DNA of 64,000 bases from Myxococcota bacterium (GTDB lineage Bacteria > Myxococcota_A > SURF-8). Position numbers and translations under genes: made by a program. Positions within the stretch are counted from its first letter, which is position 1. Each line of letters begins with the position of its first letter. The DNA lies in the NCBI GenBank assembly GCA_963674735.2, contig CAXXQS010000001.1, forward strand, positions 448,001 through 512,000, written 5' to 3'. The notes under the pieces were generated by a model. The model was not told the origin of the DNA. It saw nothing but the letters and a program-made list of their open reading frames with translations, and did no database searches. Positions 28,791 to 37,102 of the stretch are shown in pieces.

Positions 28791-29723
28791 ATGCGGTGGA
28801 CCTGTTTCATGTTCGTTATCGTGTATGTGACCGTCTTACCCGGTTTGGCCGGGGCTCTCGAATGCTCGAACGATCTCGGATCTTGCGAACTGACCGAGTC
28901 GGACTATCGTTGCGAGTGTACCGGCGGTTGGCTGTTCTACGGTGAATGGCCTCCCGGCGCACCGCCGACGGAGGCGGACTGCCTTCAGGGGCTGGACGGA
29001 TTTTGCGCCGGATTCGACGTGCTGGAACGCTGCGAGGATGATCGCGGTTACTGCGAGGTCTATGTCGGCGGCTGGTCGTGCTTGTGCGCCCAGGAAAATC
29101 TCGACGACTCGCAGACCGACACCTTGCGTCACGCCGCGCGAACCGTTCTGACTTCGCACGACGGAACGATGGCCCTCGATGATGGGATTGAGACCTGCGA
29201 GCAACTCATGAATCGCGAGTGTCCGGAGCCGCCTCCGGTCCCCGAAGATGTCTGCCAGGCGGATGATTTGAGTTTCTGCGAAGAACTGGTGGACTGGGTC
29301 GGGGTTTGCGAAGAGGAGGATGCCTACACCTACGAATACTTGTTGTGTTGTATGATGACCGAAATCGAGCCTGAGCACATGGATGCCTATTGGGAGTGCT
29401 TGCAGGAATTCGGTTGTGACGATTATACGGACGAGTGTTCGGCAGTGGCGGACAGCCCGGTCGATGGAGACGATTCCGGAACGCCGTGGCCCTACAATCC
29501 ACCTGTATCCGACGGCGATGATTCGGTGCCGGATGGCAGTGGTTCGGTGGATGATCGGCTTCTGGTCGACGATTCGGCTTCATCCGATTCACAGCAAGGG
29601 CCGGAACCGGCAACCGGCTGTCGGTCTTTCGGCTCAGGAGCGAGTTGGATATTGCTGGTGGCGGTCGCTTTGCTTGGGATTACCCGGCGTTATCGCCGCC
29701 GTCGAACCGTTCGATTTTATTGA
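28791..29723 (+). CDS. Secreted Cys-rich protein with MYXO-CTERM-like C-terminal sorting signal (paralog B)
   Basis: AGGAG RBS; signal peptide; Cys spacing matches 26059; tail GCRSFGSGASWILLVAVALLGITRRYRRRR. Confidence 0.8.
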   Translation: MRWTCFMFVIVYVTVLPGLAGALECSNDLGSCELTESDYRCECTGGWLFYGEWPPGAPPTEADCLQGLDGFCAGFDVLERCEDDRGYCEVYVGGWSCLCAQENLDDSQTDTLRHAARTVLTSHDGTMALDDGIETCEQLMNRECPEPPPVPEDVCQADDLSFCEELVDWVGVCEEEDAYTYEYLLCCMMTEIEPEHMDAYWECLQEFGCDDYTDECSAVADSPVDGDDSGTPWPYNPPVSDGDDSVPDGSGSVDDRLLVDDSASSDSQQGPEPATGCRSFGSGASWILLVAVALLGITRRYRRRRTVRFY

Positions 29724-29737
29724 GGGTCGGTGTCGAT

Positions 29738-29914
29738 ATGGGCATGTGCGGCATCAAACAGAATATGACTCCCTTTATCGAGCCGGATCAAGAACCGGAC
29801 GATTTCAAAAGTCCCGCTGAACCTGAAAACCCGCAACCTCGCAAAGAAAAATCGTGGTTGAGGCGTATGCTGAAAGCCATCACGAACCGTAATAAGGAGC
29901 CCCATGAACGCTGA
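29738..29914 (+). CDS. Small hypothetical protein (58 aa)
   Basis: Fills the gap between paralog B and the thioesterase; GAGG upstream; stop overlaps the next start. Confidence 0.4.
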   Translation: MGMCGIKQNMTPFIEPDQEPDDFKSPAEPENPQPRKEKSWLRRMLKAITNRNKEPHER

Positions 29915-30332
29915 AAGACCCCCTCGATTCGTTCCGAAAATTCCCCCGCCTTGCTTCGATTTCCTCCGTGCCGAGTTGCTCTCTGCCGAGAACGGCGTGG
30001 CGCGGGTCCGTTTTTCTCCAAGCGAAGCCATGGAAAACCCCTATGGCTTGATCCAAGGCGGGATATTGGCGGGTATGTTGGATAACATCATCGGTCCGGC
30101 AGTGGTGTCCGCCGTTCCGCAGCGCCAGACGACCACCGTTCAGATGTCGGTCAACTATCATGCGCCGGCACGCCCCGGAGAGACGCTGCTGGGGCGGGCG
30201 GAGGTGGTGCGCTATGGCCGTACCCAGGCATACATCGAGTCCCGTTTGGAACGCGAGTCCGATGGCGCGTTGCTGGTCAGTGCGACCGCCGTCAACCTAT
30301 TCTTGAACGAAGTGGAACCCCGAAAACCGTGA
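29904..30332 (+). CDS. PaaI family thioesterase
   Basis: NPYGLIQGGILAGMLD hotdog-fold motif. Confidence 0.9.
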   Translation: MNAERPPRFVPKIPPPCFDFLRAELLSAENGVARVRFSPSEAMENPYGLIQGGILAGMLDNIIGPAVVSAVPQRQTTTVQMSVNYHAPARPGETLLGRAEVVRYGRTQAYIESRLERESDGALLVSATAVNLFLNEVEPRKP

Positions 30333-30356
30333 GTGGACCGGGAGGCTCTTTCGGCT

Positions 30357-30920
30357 CTACCGTTCGAAGCGCTTCATCAGCCGGGCTTCTTTGAGAATCG
30401 CCTCGATGAAGGGTTGTTTTCGGTTGGTGTATTCTTCACGGTCCTGGCCGTGGTTTTGGGCGAGATCGCGCTTGAGATCGGCATAGGCCTTGGCGACCAG
30501 CGGATTTGAACATAGGTAATCTCGGAAGAGCAGGTGAGAGGTCCAGAACTCGCTATCGCTTTGAACCACATGAAGGTGTGCGGCTCGTTTTCCCTGCGTT
30601 TGTTTGATCAGAAAACGTCGTTCGGGCAACTCCCGTTCATATTCGGGGATGTATAAGTAATCGGCATTTTGGAGTTTGTGGGTCAAGTTGTCGGCTTCTG
30701 CCATTCCCGAAACACCGATCATGATGTCGAGGATCGGTTTGGCGGGCATGTGGGGGATCGCGGTCGAGCCGATGTGTTCGATGGTTTGGATGCTGTTTCC
30801 ACCGATGTCTTTGATCGTACGCGCCTCTTGGCTAAATGCTCCTGGCCAATTCGGGTCCGGGTCGGCCAGTTCGATCGGAGCGTTGAGCAAAGACGAGTCT
30901 TGGATCGCTTGAGCCTTCAC
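30357..30920 (-). CDS. GrpB/UPF0157 family protein
   Basis: IEHIGSTAIP..AKPILDI, HLH, FRDYL, YADLK, YT..K. Confidence 0.92.
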   Translation of the reverse strand: MKAQAIQDSSLLNAPIELADPDPNWPGAFSQEARTIKDIGGNSIQTIEHIGSTAIPHMPAKPILDIMIGVSGMAEADNLTHKLQNADYLYIPEYERELPERRFLIKQTQGKRAAHLHVVQSDSEFWTSHLLFRDYLCSNPLVAKAYADLKRDLAQNHGQDREEYTNRKQPFIEAILKEARLMKRFER

Positions 30921-31366
30921 GTCGATGTCTCCTTTTGCTCGATCAGGCGTTGCAGATGAATGGCGTGTTGGTTTTCCTGCTCGGACAATTGCTCGAAAAA
31001 CGTTTTCACCTCGCCCTGCAGTTGGTCGGCCATGGCGCTGTAAAACAATTGAGCGTGCTGTTCGGCTTCCAGAGCTAAAAGCAACGCATCCGGGTAGCGA
31101 ATATCATCGGCATATTCCCAGAGCGGGGAGGCTTCCACGAGCTGAATCTGCCCTTTCGGTTGTTCTGAAAGAGTCTGGATTTCCAAACGCTTTTCGATCC
31201 GCTGGATGCTTTCAGCGTGTTGGCGTTCGCTCTCCGCCATTTTGATGAAAAAATTCTGAACCCGTTCATCTTCCGTGCATGTCACAAGGTAGTCGTAAAA
31301 GCGAGCGGCTTCCAACTCGGATTCGATCGCATTCCTTACCGCCTGCTGTAAAGACAACGTCATCAT
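30917..31366 (-). CDS. Ferritin-like/rubrerythrin-family di-iron protein
   Basis: Two repeats of AI..E......Y and E..H. Confidence 0.85.
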   Translation of the reverse strand: MMTLSLQQAVRNAIESELEAARFYDYLVTCTEDERVQNFFIKMAESERQHAESIQRIEKRLEIQTLSEQPKGQIQLVEASPLWEYADDIRYPDALLLALEAEQHAQLFYSAMADQLQGEVKTFFEQLSEQENQHAIHLQRLIEQKETST

Positions 31367-31698
31367 CTTTGGTTCCCCACCTTGTTTCTCTAATCGGCTT
31401 TCCCTATATGTGATGATAACGGTCCTGTCATGGCCTGTCTAGTAAAAAAATATAAGAATGGAAATATTAGAAGGGTGCCTGGAGAGGGCGGAGGAATTAT
31501 ATGTGTAATTATATAAATAGGGTGTCGTCGTCCAAGGCGATGGACTTAAAACCGGACGCGCAGCACGTCTCGAAGGATACGGCCTCAAGTGGAGCGGTTC
31601 CGCGCCCTTAACGATAAAGGACGTATCGGGAAGGGGTTGACTTTCCCCTCCAATGTGTTACCAAACTGCAGTAGGGCCAAACATTGATCGAGGTCAGA

Positions 31699-31962
31699 AT
31701 GAAATCCCATTTTTCGGATCCGATGCACATCCGCTTTCAGCTCCGTCGTTTCTGTCTGGTGCTGGTTTGTGTTGCTTGTCTTCTCCTGTCGAGTTGCAAG
31801 CCGGATCCGCCGCAGCCGGACGCGCCGCCCGCCACACCAGCGAAAGCCGTTATGCCCGAAAACATCGGCGATCCGATAAAGACGCTTGAACAGGCGAAAC
31901 AGGTCGAGCAGTTGTTGAATCAGGCGGCCAAGGATCGGGGCGCAGGTGTGATGAACGAGTAG
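31699..31962 (+). CDS. Small hypothetical lipoprotein
   Basis: Lipobox LSSC and Pro-rich linker; start may be 31723. Confidence 0.6.
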   Translation: MKSHFSDPMHIRFQLRRFCLVLVCVACLLLSSCKPDPPQPDAPPATPAKAVMPENIGDPIKTLEQAKQVEQLLNQAAKDRGAGVMNE

Positions 31963-32026
31963 CCGGTCGAATGCGGTAAAAGACGCGAGAGACGATCTTT
32001 ATATCGTTCTGATATCGGACGTATTT

Positions 32027-32425
32027 TCAGCTACTTCCCCACTTGGTGAGTTCCACGATCAGGAAATAAAGCATGCCGCCGCCCAGCGCGAACAGGTTGA
32101 GTGTAGCCAGTTTCGCTTGGCCGATATGTGTGTGTATGGCTTGGGAAAGTTTTGGAAGTCTTGCCACAGCGTAGCCGATAAAGAACCCGGCAAAACCGTT
32201 TAGCAGCAGTCCGAAATAGCCCATCTTGATGGCGTCGGGGGGAGGCGAAAAGGTGAAACGGGTTTCGACCGGCAGGTAGATCGGCTTGGGCGCGCCCAGC
32301 CAGTCGGACAAGGTATAGACGAGCAGAAAACCGAAAAGTCCGGTCAACAGGGCGGTGTGATGCCGGTTGTCGGGTGGGGGCGTTTGGTTTGCGGGGGGTG
32401 GCGAATCGGCTTGTTTCGGGGACAT
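32027..32425 (-). CDS. Hypothetical membrane protein
   Basis: About 3 hydrophobic segments. Confidence 0.7.
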   Translation of the reverse strand: MSPKQADSPPPANQTPPPDNRHHTALLTGLFGFLLVYTLSDWLGAPKPIYLPVETRFTFSPPPDAIKMGYFGLLLNGFAGFFIGYAVARLPKLSQAIHTHIGQAKLATLNLFALGGGMLYFLIVELTKWGSS

Positions 32426-32438
32426 CGATTTCTCTTTC

Positions 32439-32891
32439 TCAAATGGATCTCAAGCTGACCAAAGCCAACCCGGTGACTGCTGCGAACCAGACGATCAGCA
32501 TGAGCGCAACACCCGCGAGGTGGTAGAAGCGGTGAAAGGATTGGGGGGCTCGGATATCGATACGGCGGCTGGCCGGATAGTACCAGAGCAAAAGAGCCAG
32601 TCCCAGCGCCAACCAGTGTTCCTTCACTTCAAAGAAGCCGGTTGCCAGCGGGATGGATGAATCGAAGTAAGCGGCGCGAACCGCGACGCGGAAGATGGGG
32701 TAGATAGTCACCCCGCCGATGAACGCGATCCAATACAGCCAGAAAAGCACGGCGGCATACCGTTTTTGCAAAACCGGTCGGCGAAAATCGCCGAAAAGGT
32801 GATAGAGAGCCAGGATTCCATTATGCGTGGCGACCCCCAACAGGGTGAGGGAGCAAATAGCGTGCGCGATCAGCAGGACTTTGACAAACAT
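32439..32891 (-). CDS. Hypothetical 4-TM membrane protein
   Basis: Four hydrophobic helices with His in or near the TMs; GGAG RBS. Confidence 0.75.
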   Translation of the reverse strand: MFVKVLLIAHAICSLTLLGVATHNGILALYHLFGDFRRPVLQKRYAAVLFWLYWIAFIGGVTIYPIFRVAVRAAYFDSSIPLATGFFEVKEHWLALGLALLLWYYPASRRIDIRAPQSFHRFYHLAGVALMLIVWFAAVTGLALVSLRSI

Positions 32892-33025
32892 ACGAACTCC
32901 CGGTTGGCGGATGGGCGACGAGTCACAGGACTGTAAAATCAGCCGGGAAAAATGTCAAGCTTCCGCTGTCGTCTCTCAGGGCGATTCAATTCTGATTGAG
33001 TCTCGAATAATCTTCGATTGATTAT

Positions 33026-33101
33026 GGGTGGCACGGGCTAAACCGTCAGGTTTGCCCGTGAAAACAGCATGGGCAAGCCAAAGACTTGGCCCATGGCACC
33101 C
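33026..33101. repeat. Inverted doublet of REP-like palindromes (REPIN-like)
   Basis: gggtggcacgggctaaacc-gtca-ggtttgcccgtg and the inverted copy gggtgccatgggccaagtctttggcttgcccatg. Confidence 0.6.
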
Positions 33102-33156
33102 CGTAAACCGAATTATCGTGGGTGGAAAACGGTGAAAAGCTTAGAATTGAAACGCC

Positions 33157-34023
33157 CTATGTCGTCTCTGCCGGAGCGAATTGGATCTCCCGCCCGACCT
33201 CGATGGTTTCGTAGTTGTCACCGAAGAATTCTTCGAAAACGTGCATGGCTTCGTCGGTCGAATCGTGTCCCGACAGCGCCAGCCGTTCAACGCCGCGTCG
33301 GCGCATCGTTTCCGCGCCGTGCCGGGCGTCGCTTAAGGTCAAGCTGGGGAAGGGCCGCGGGCCGATACCGAAGTACTTTTGCAAGGGAATCCCCAGCAGG
33401 TGCAGGCGGGAGCCGTTGACCGGATAATGCAACCCGCCCACGACGGTCGCCGGGGGTTCTCCACAGTATGCCTCAACCTGGTCGAGGATTGCCGGGATAC
33501 CCGGATGTCCGCATCCGACCATGGCCACCGGACCGCTGCCGATCGGTTTGGCCACCAGGATCATTTCCGCGCAATTGCCCATCAGCCATAATTTGCGTGT
33601 CAGCGGTGGCAAAGCCCAGAGTCCGGGGATGATTTCGGTCGGCTCGGTCACCACGACGGTTTCGCGGGTCGGAGACCGAAAGGGCTGTGGAGTGAAGACA
33701 CGCCAGTTCGGTTCTTGGGTCGGTTGTGAGGAAAGGCGGTAGGACTGTTGTTTCTGAGCTTTGAGGCCGCCGACGTGATCCAGATGATGATGCGAGATAA
33801 CCAACGCGTCGATTTCGGAGAGCGGTACGTCGAGAGCGGTCATATTGCGCAACAGCGGCGAGGGATGCTCACGGCGGCGATTCAATCCGAGATCGAAGAG
33901 CGCCTGTTTGCCGTTTACCCGGATCAGGTAGGAAACACCGGCTTCGCCGCACAGATCGGGGCGTGCCGTATGCCAGTCGATCAGGGGGAGAATGGAGAAT
34001 GATTCGAGTTCGGTCAGATGCAT
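33157..34023 (-). CDS. MBL-fold metallo-hydrolase
   Basis: LFDLG, SHHHLDHVGG, GCGHPG, GGLH, GHDS. Confidence 0.88.
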   Translation of the reverse strand: MHLTELESFSILPLIDWHTARPDLCGEAGVSYLIRVNGKQALFDLGLNRRREHPSPLLRNMTALDVPLSEIDALVISHHHLDHVGGLKAQKQQSYRLSSQPTQEPNWRVFTPQPFRSPTRETVVVTEPTEIIPGLWALPPLTRKLWLMGNCAEMILVAKPIGSGPVAMVGCGHPGIPAILDQVEAYCGEPPATVVGGLHYPVNGSRLHLLGIPLQKYFGIGPRPFPSLTLSDARHGAETMRRRGVERLALSGHDSTDEAMHVFEEFFGDNYETIEVGREIQFAPAETT

Positions 34024-34116
34024 ATCATCCTCGATTCGCGTTGGTCGGCCAAACGCTACTTGAGTCGCGGCAAAAGCTCGTGGATCGTCTGCGCTTGCTC
34101 ACCGGACAAGCCGCGA

Positions 34117-35046
34117 TCAGTCGGCTTTTTCATCGGCCGGACAAAGTGAGGATGGAAACGCGCCGTGCGTGTAGAAGTGTTCGAGCAATCGATCCTTTTC
34201 TTCAAACCGGTCCGTGATCCAACGCGCCAGAGCTTCGCTCTCCTGGGGTAATTCTTCCATGGCGAAGCGACGGACGTGCAAGTGGGTTTTGTGCACGTAA
34301 CCTTTGATCCACTGCCAGAGTGTCGGAACGCCGTCTACGTAAGCGATCGTGACATCATACACGGCTTCCGCCCGTTCGCGCAGGCTTTCGATGGTGACGA
34401 CAAAGCCTTTGGTGCGTGGAATCAAGACATGTTGGAGCGGCTTGAGCCCGATTTTCTTGGCGAAGGCCTGGCTGCGGGTGATCTTCTCCGGCTTGACACG
34501 GGTGCCTTCGGCGAAGTTGATGACCCAGAACGGCATGCGATATTTCAACAGCGTTTCAAAGGTTCGGTGGATTTTTTTTCGGTCGGTGGTCCAGTCGCGC
34601 TTGATGAACAGGCTGTCCAAAAAGAGCAATCCCCAGCCGACTCCGGGGAAATATTTAATGATATCTTTGACATACCATTTCATGTCGCCGAGCCGTTTTT
34701 TGGCCCAGGCGAGGTTGAACAAAACCGGGATGTCGGCCATTTGCTGATGATTCAGAATCACCACGGCGTTTTCCTCTTCCGGGACAACGTCGCCGCTGAA
34801 CTGAACCTGGGAACCATTGATGTGCTTGGCATAGAGCGTACAAGCGCCCCACCAGCAGTTGGCCATGAAGCGGTTGATTTTTCTGAATCCTCGACCCGAA
34901 AAAGGGCGTGCGACCAACGATAGCGTTTGTGCGACGTTAGCCATGATCAGCGTGGAAAAGAATAATCCGGTGGTGATGGAACCGCGACAGAGTCCCACAA
35001 AACGTGCCCAGGCACTACCGGGTTCGGGCAGGGGAGGTAGGGGCAT
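34117..35046 (-). CDS. Lysophospholipid acyltransferase (PlsC superfamily, LCLAT1/YihG-like)
   Basis: NHQQMAD (HX4D), LFIKRDW, FAEGTR, LIPRTKGF, VYDVTIAY. Confidence 0.9.
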   Translation of the reverse strand: MPLPPLPEPGSAWARFVGLCRGSITTGLFFSTLIMANVAQTLSLVARPFSGRGFRKINRFMANCWWGACTLYAKHINGSQVQFSGDVVPEEENAVVILNHQQMADIPVLFNLAWAKKRLGDMKWYVKDIIKYFPGVGWGLLFLDSLFIKRDWTTDRKKIHRTFETLLKYRMPFWVINFAEGTRVKPEKITRSQAFAKKIGLKPLQHVLIPRTKGFVVTIESLRERAEAVYDVTIAYVDGVPTLWQWIKGYVHKTHLHVRRFAMEELPQESEALARWITDRFEEKDRLLEHFYTHGAFPSSLCPADEKAD

Positions 35047-35344
35047 AATGACGATACTCCTCGATTATCGATCTGCGTTCTTCGCGACTGCAATTGTCTT
35101 TCGTTTCGACCTAAGAAAGTTGAAAATAAACCGAAAACCGGGGTCTGTCAACGAAACAAAACGGAAAGTCGGGAGCGGTTGTTTGGCCGATAATCGCCCT
35201 TTGCCGAGTTGGGTTGGCTCTCTTTGCGTTTACACCGCGTGGTTTCTTTATATGTTGAGTCGTCATTTTGTCGGGTTACAATATAATGTTTTGCGGAAAA
35301 AGATCGTTTCGCTGGCATTTGAATGAAGAATTGATAAAAAAAGA

Positions 35345-35372
35345 TTGACAAATACCATTAAATAGATAATGT
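35345..35372 (+). promoter_or_regulatory. Sigma70-type promoter of the MATE leader
   Basis: TTGACA at 35345; TAATGT at 16-bp spacing in an AT-rich context. Confidence 0.5.
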
Positions 35373-35420
35373 AGTCGATGTTATTCAAGGGCATTGTTCC
35401 CGATAGATGGAGAGTGTTAG

Positions 35421-35483
35421 ATGAACTCTTGCAAATTCCAAATCCCGACCGTTGATGGAGGGAAAGGTATGAGTATGCTCTAG
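35421..35483 (+). CDS. Putative leader peptide (uORF) MNSCKFQIPTVDGGKGMSML
   Basis: GGAGAG 6 nt upstream; internal GGAGG ahead of in-frame ATG 35469 (MSML); stop about 20 nt before a terminator. Confidence 0.45.
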   Translation: MNSCKFQIPTVDGGKGMSML

Positions 35484-35504
35484 CGCTTGACGAATATTGA
35501 CTCT

Positions 35505-35540
35505 AAAAGGCCGGTTCGCTAGCGCGAATCGGCCTTTTTT
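35505..35540 (+). terminator. Intrinsic terminator (attenuator) upstream of the MATE gene
   Basis: aaaaggccggttcgc-tagc-gcgaatcggcctttttt. Confidence 0.8.
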
Positions 35541-35594
35541 ATTGTCTTCGCACCGGTTTCGGACGGAGACAGATGCTTGATAGCGGAGTTTGAG

Positions 35595-36944
35595 ATGTTG
35601 GTAAAAGGTGGAAAACGGGAGGTGGCGCAGTTGGCCTGGCCCATGGCGGTGGGCATGCTGTCGTACACGTTGATGGGAGTGGTGGATACCCTGTTTATGG
35701 GTTATGTCGGAACGAACGCCCAGGCCGGGGTCGGCTTGGCCACCACATTTTTCTTTTTGTTCCTGGCTTTTTTCGGCGGAATCGTTCAAGGCGCGCAGAG
35801 CTTGGTTGCGGCTGCCGATGGCGCGCAGGATAACCGACGGATTCGTTTGGCGGGCGGGGCCGGAGTCGTGTTGGGTGTCGTTTGCGGTGTCGTGGCTGTG
35901 CTGCTGTTGGCCGTGGGGTATCGGCCGCTTTTAGACTTGACCGTCTCCGATCCGCAGATCGCCGCGGCCACTTCGCGTTATCTGCAGATGCGCCTGGGCG
36001 GCCTTCCCTTCACGTTGGTCGGGATGGGGTTGGTGGGCGTCTTGCAAGGTCTTGGTGATACGCGGACGCGCATGTGGGTGAGCCTGATTGGAAACGGCGT
36101 CAATATCATGCTCGACTCGGTGCTGATATTCGGTTTCTATCCCATTCCCGAGATGGGGGAGGCGGGAGCCGGTCTGGCGACGGCCATCAGCGCGTTTGTG
36201 ATGGCCTCACTATATTTGATGCGTTACGTCGAGCGGTTGAAATGGCCGATCAGGCCTACACGCGAAGTGGTTCGCAGCGCAATCAAGTTGGGGATGCCCA
36301 TGGGTGCCATGCATGCCATGAGCGTTCTGGCGTTCGTCGTGATGAGCCTCATTCTCGCTCGGATCGGTGCGGTGCACCTGGCCGCCAGCGAGATTGTGCT
36401 GCATGTCATTTCCCTGAGTTTTCTGCCCGGATTCGGGATCAGTGAAGCGGGTGGGATTCTGGTGGGGCGTTATCTCGGGGCCGGGGAACCGCAGACGGCG
36501 GGTCGCGCGTTGAACTCAGCCCGGTTGCTGGCCATGATTCTCATGGGTGCCTGTGGCGTACTGTTCGCCGTGAAAGGCGATTGGATCGTGATGATGTTTA
36601 CGCGCGATCCCGAGGTGGTGGCATTGGCCGCGAACCTGATGCTGTATGCCGCCGTTTTCCAGGTGTGCGACGCCATCGCCATGGTGCATATCTGTGCCCT
36701 GCGTGGCGCCGGTGACACCACCTATACCATGTGGGTGACATCGTTGTGCGCCTGGGTGTTCACGGTGCCTTGCGCCTGGTTTTTCGGCATGCATGCCGGA
36801 TGGGGCGCGCCGGGGGCCTACTTGGGATTGACGCTCGAAATCATCGTCTTGTCCTTCGTCACTTACTGGCGCGTTCGTCGAATCGGACAGGGAACGCTCG
36901 GGAGGCTCGATTTGCTTCTCGGTGAAAAAGAACCGGTCGTGTAA
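35595..36944 (+). CDS. MATE family efflux transporter
   Basis: LAWPM..GM, VVDTLFMG, QGLGDT, GAGLAT, LRGAGDT; about 12 TMs. Confidence 0.95.
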   Translation: MLVKGGKREVAQLAWPMAVGMLSYTLMGVVDTLFMGYVGTNAQAGVGLATTFFFLFLAFFGGIVQGAQSLVAAADGAQDNRRIRLAGGAGVVLGVVCGVVAVLLLAVGYRPLLDLTVSDPQIAAATSRYLQMRLGGLPFTLVGMGLVGVLQGLGDTRTRMWVSLIGNGVNIMLDSVLIFGFYPIPEMGEAGAGLATAISAFVMASLYLMRYVERLKWPIRPTREVVRSAIKLGMPMGAMHAMSVLAFVVMSLILARIGAVHLAASEIVLHVISLSFLPGFGISEAGGILVGRYLGAGEPQTAGRALNSARLLAMILMGACGVLFAVKGDWIVMMFTRDPEVVALAANLMLYAAVFQVCDAIAMVHICALRGAGDTTYTMWVTSLCAWVFTVPCAWFFGMHAGWGAPGAYLGLTLEIIVLSFVTYWRVRRIGQGTLGRLDLLLGEKEPVV

Positions 36945-37102
36945 CCCGGCGGATGATCCATGGAAAAAGCCATGGGTCGTCCGCCGTGCTTCGGCGGGTT
37001 GCTTTTTGCTGGCCTCGAAGCGATAGACCGCGCTAAGATTACCCGGCTTATATGATTTGGTTTGATGGGTCAGGCGATGCGGATTCGATAGGTGAAGACG
37101 AC

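Noticed and set aside
31519-31609. tRNA-Sec/tRNA-Leu or self-cleaving ribozyme
   Set aside because: Superficial TCGTCGTC..GGACTTAAAA similarity, but no anticodon stem, T-loop or CCA. Pistol, twister and HDV-like core elements could not be placed.
35373-35502. 6S RNA
   Set aside because: Shorter than typical, branched interior, contains an SD-led ORF, and lacks the usual zapA/ygfA context.
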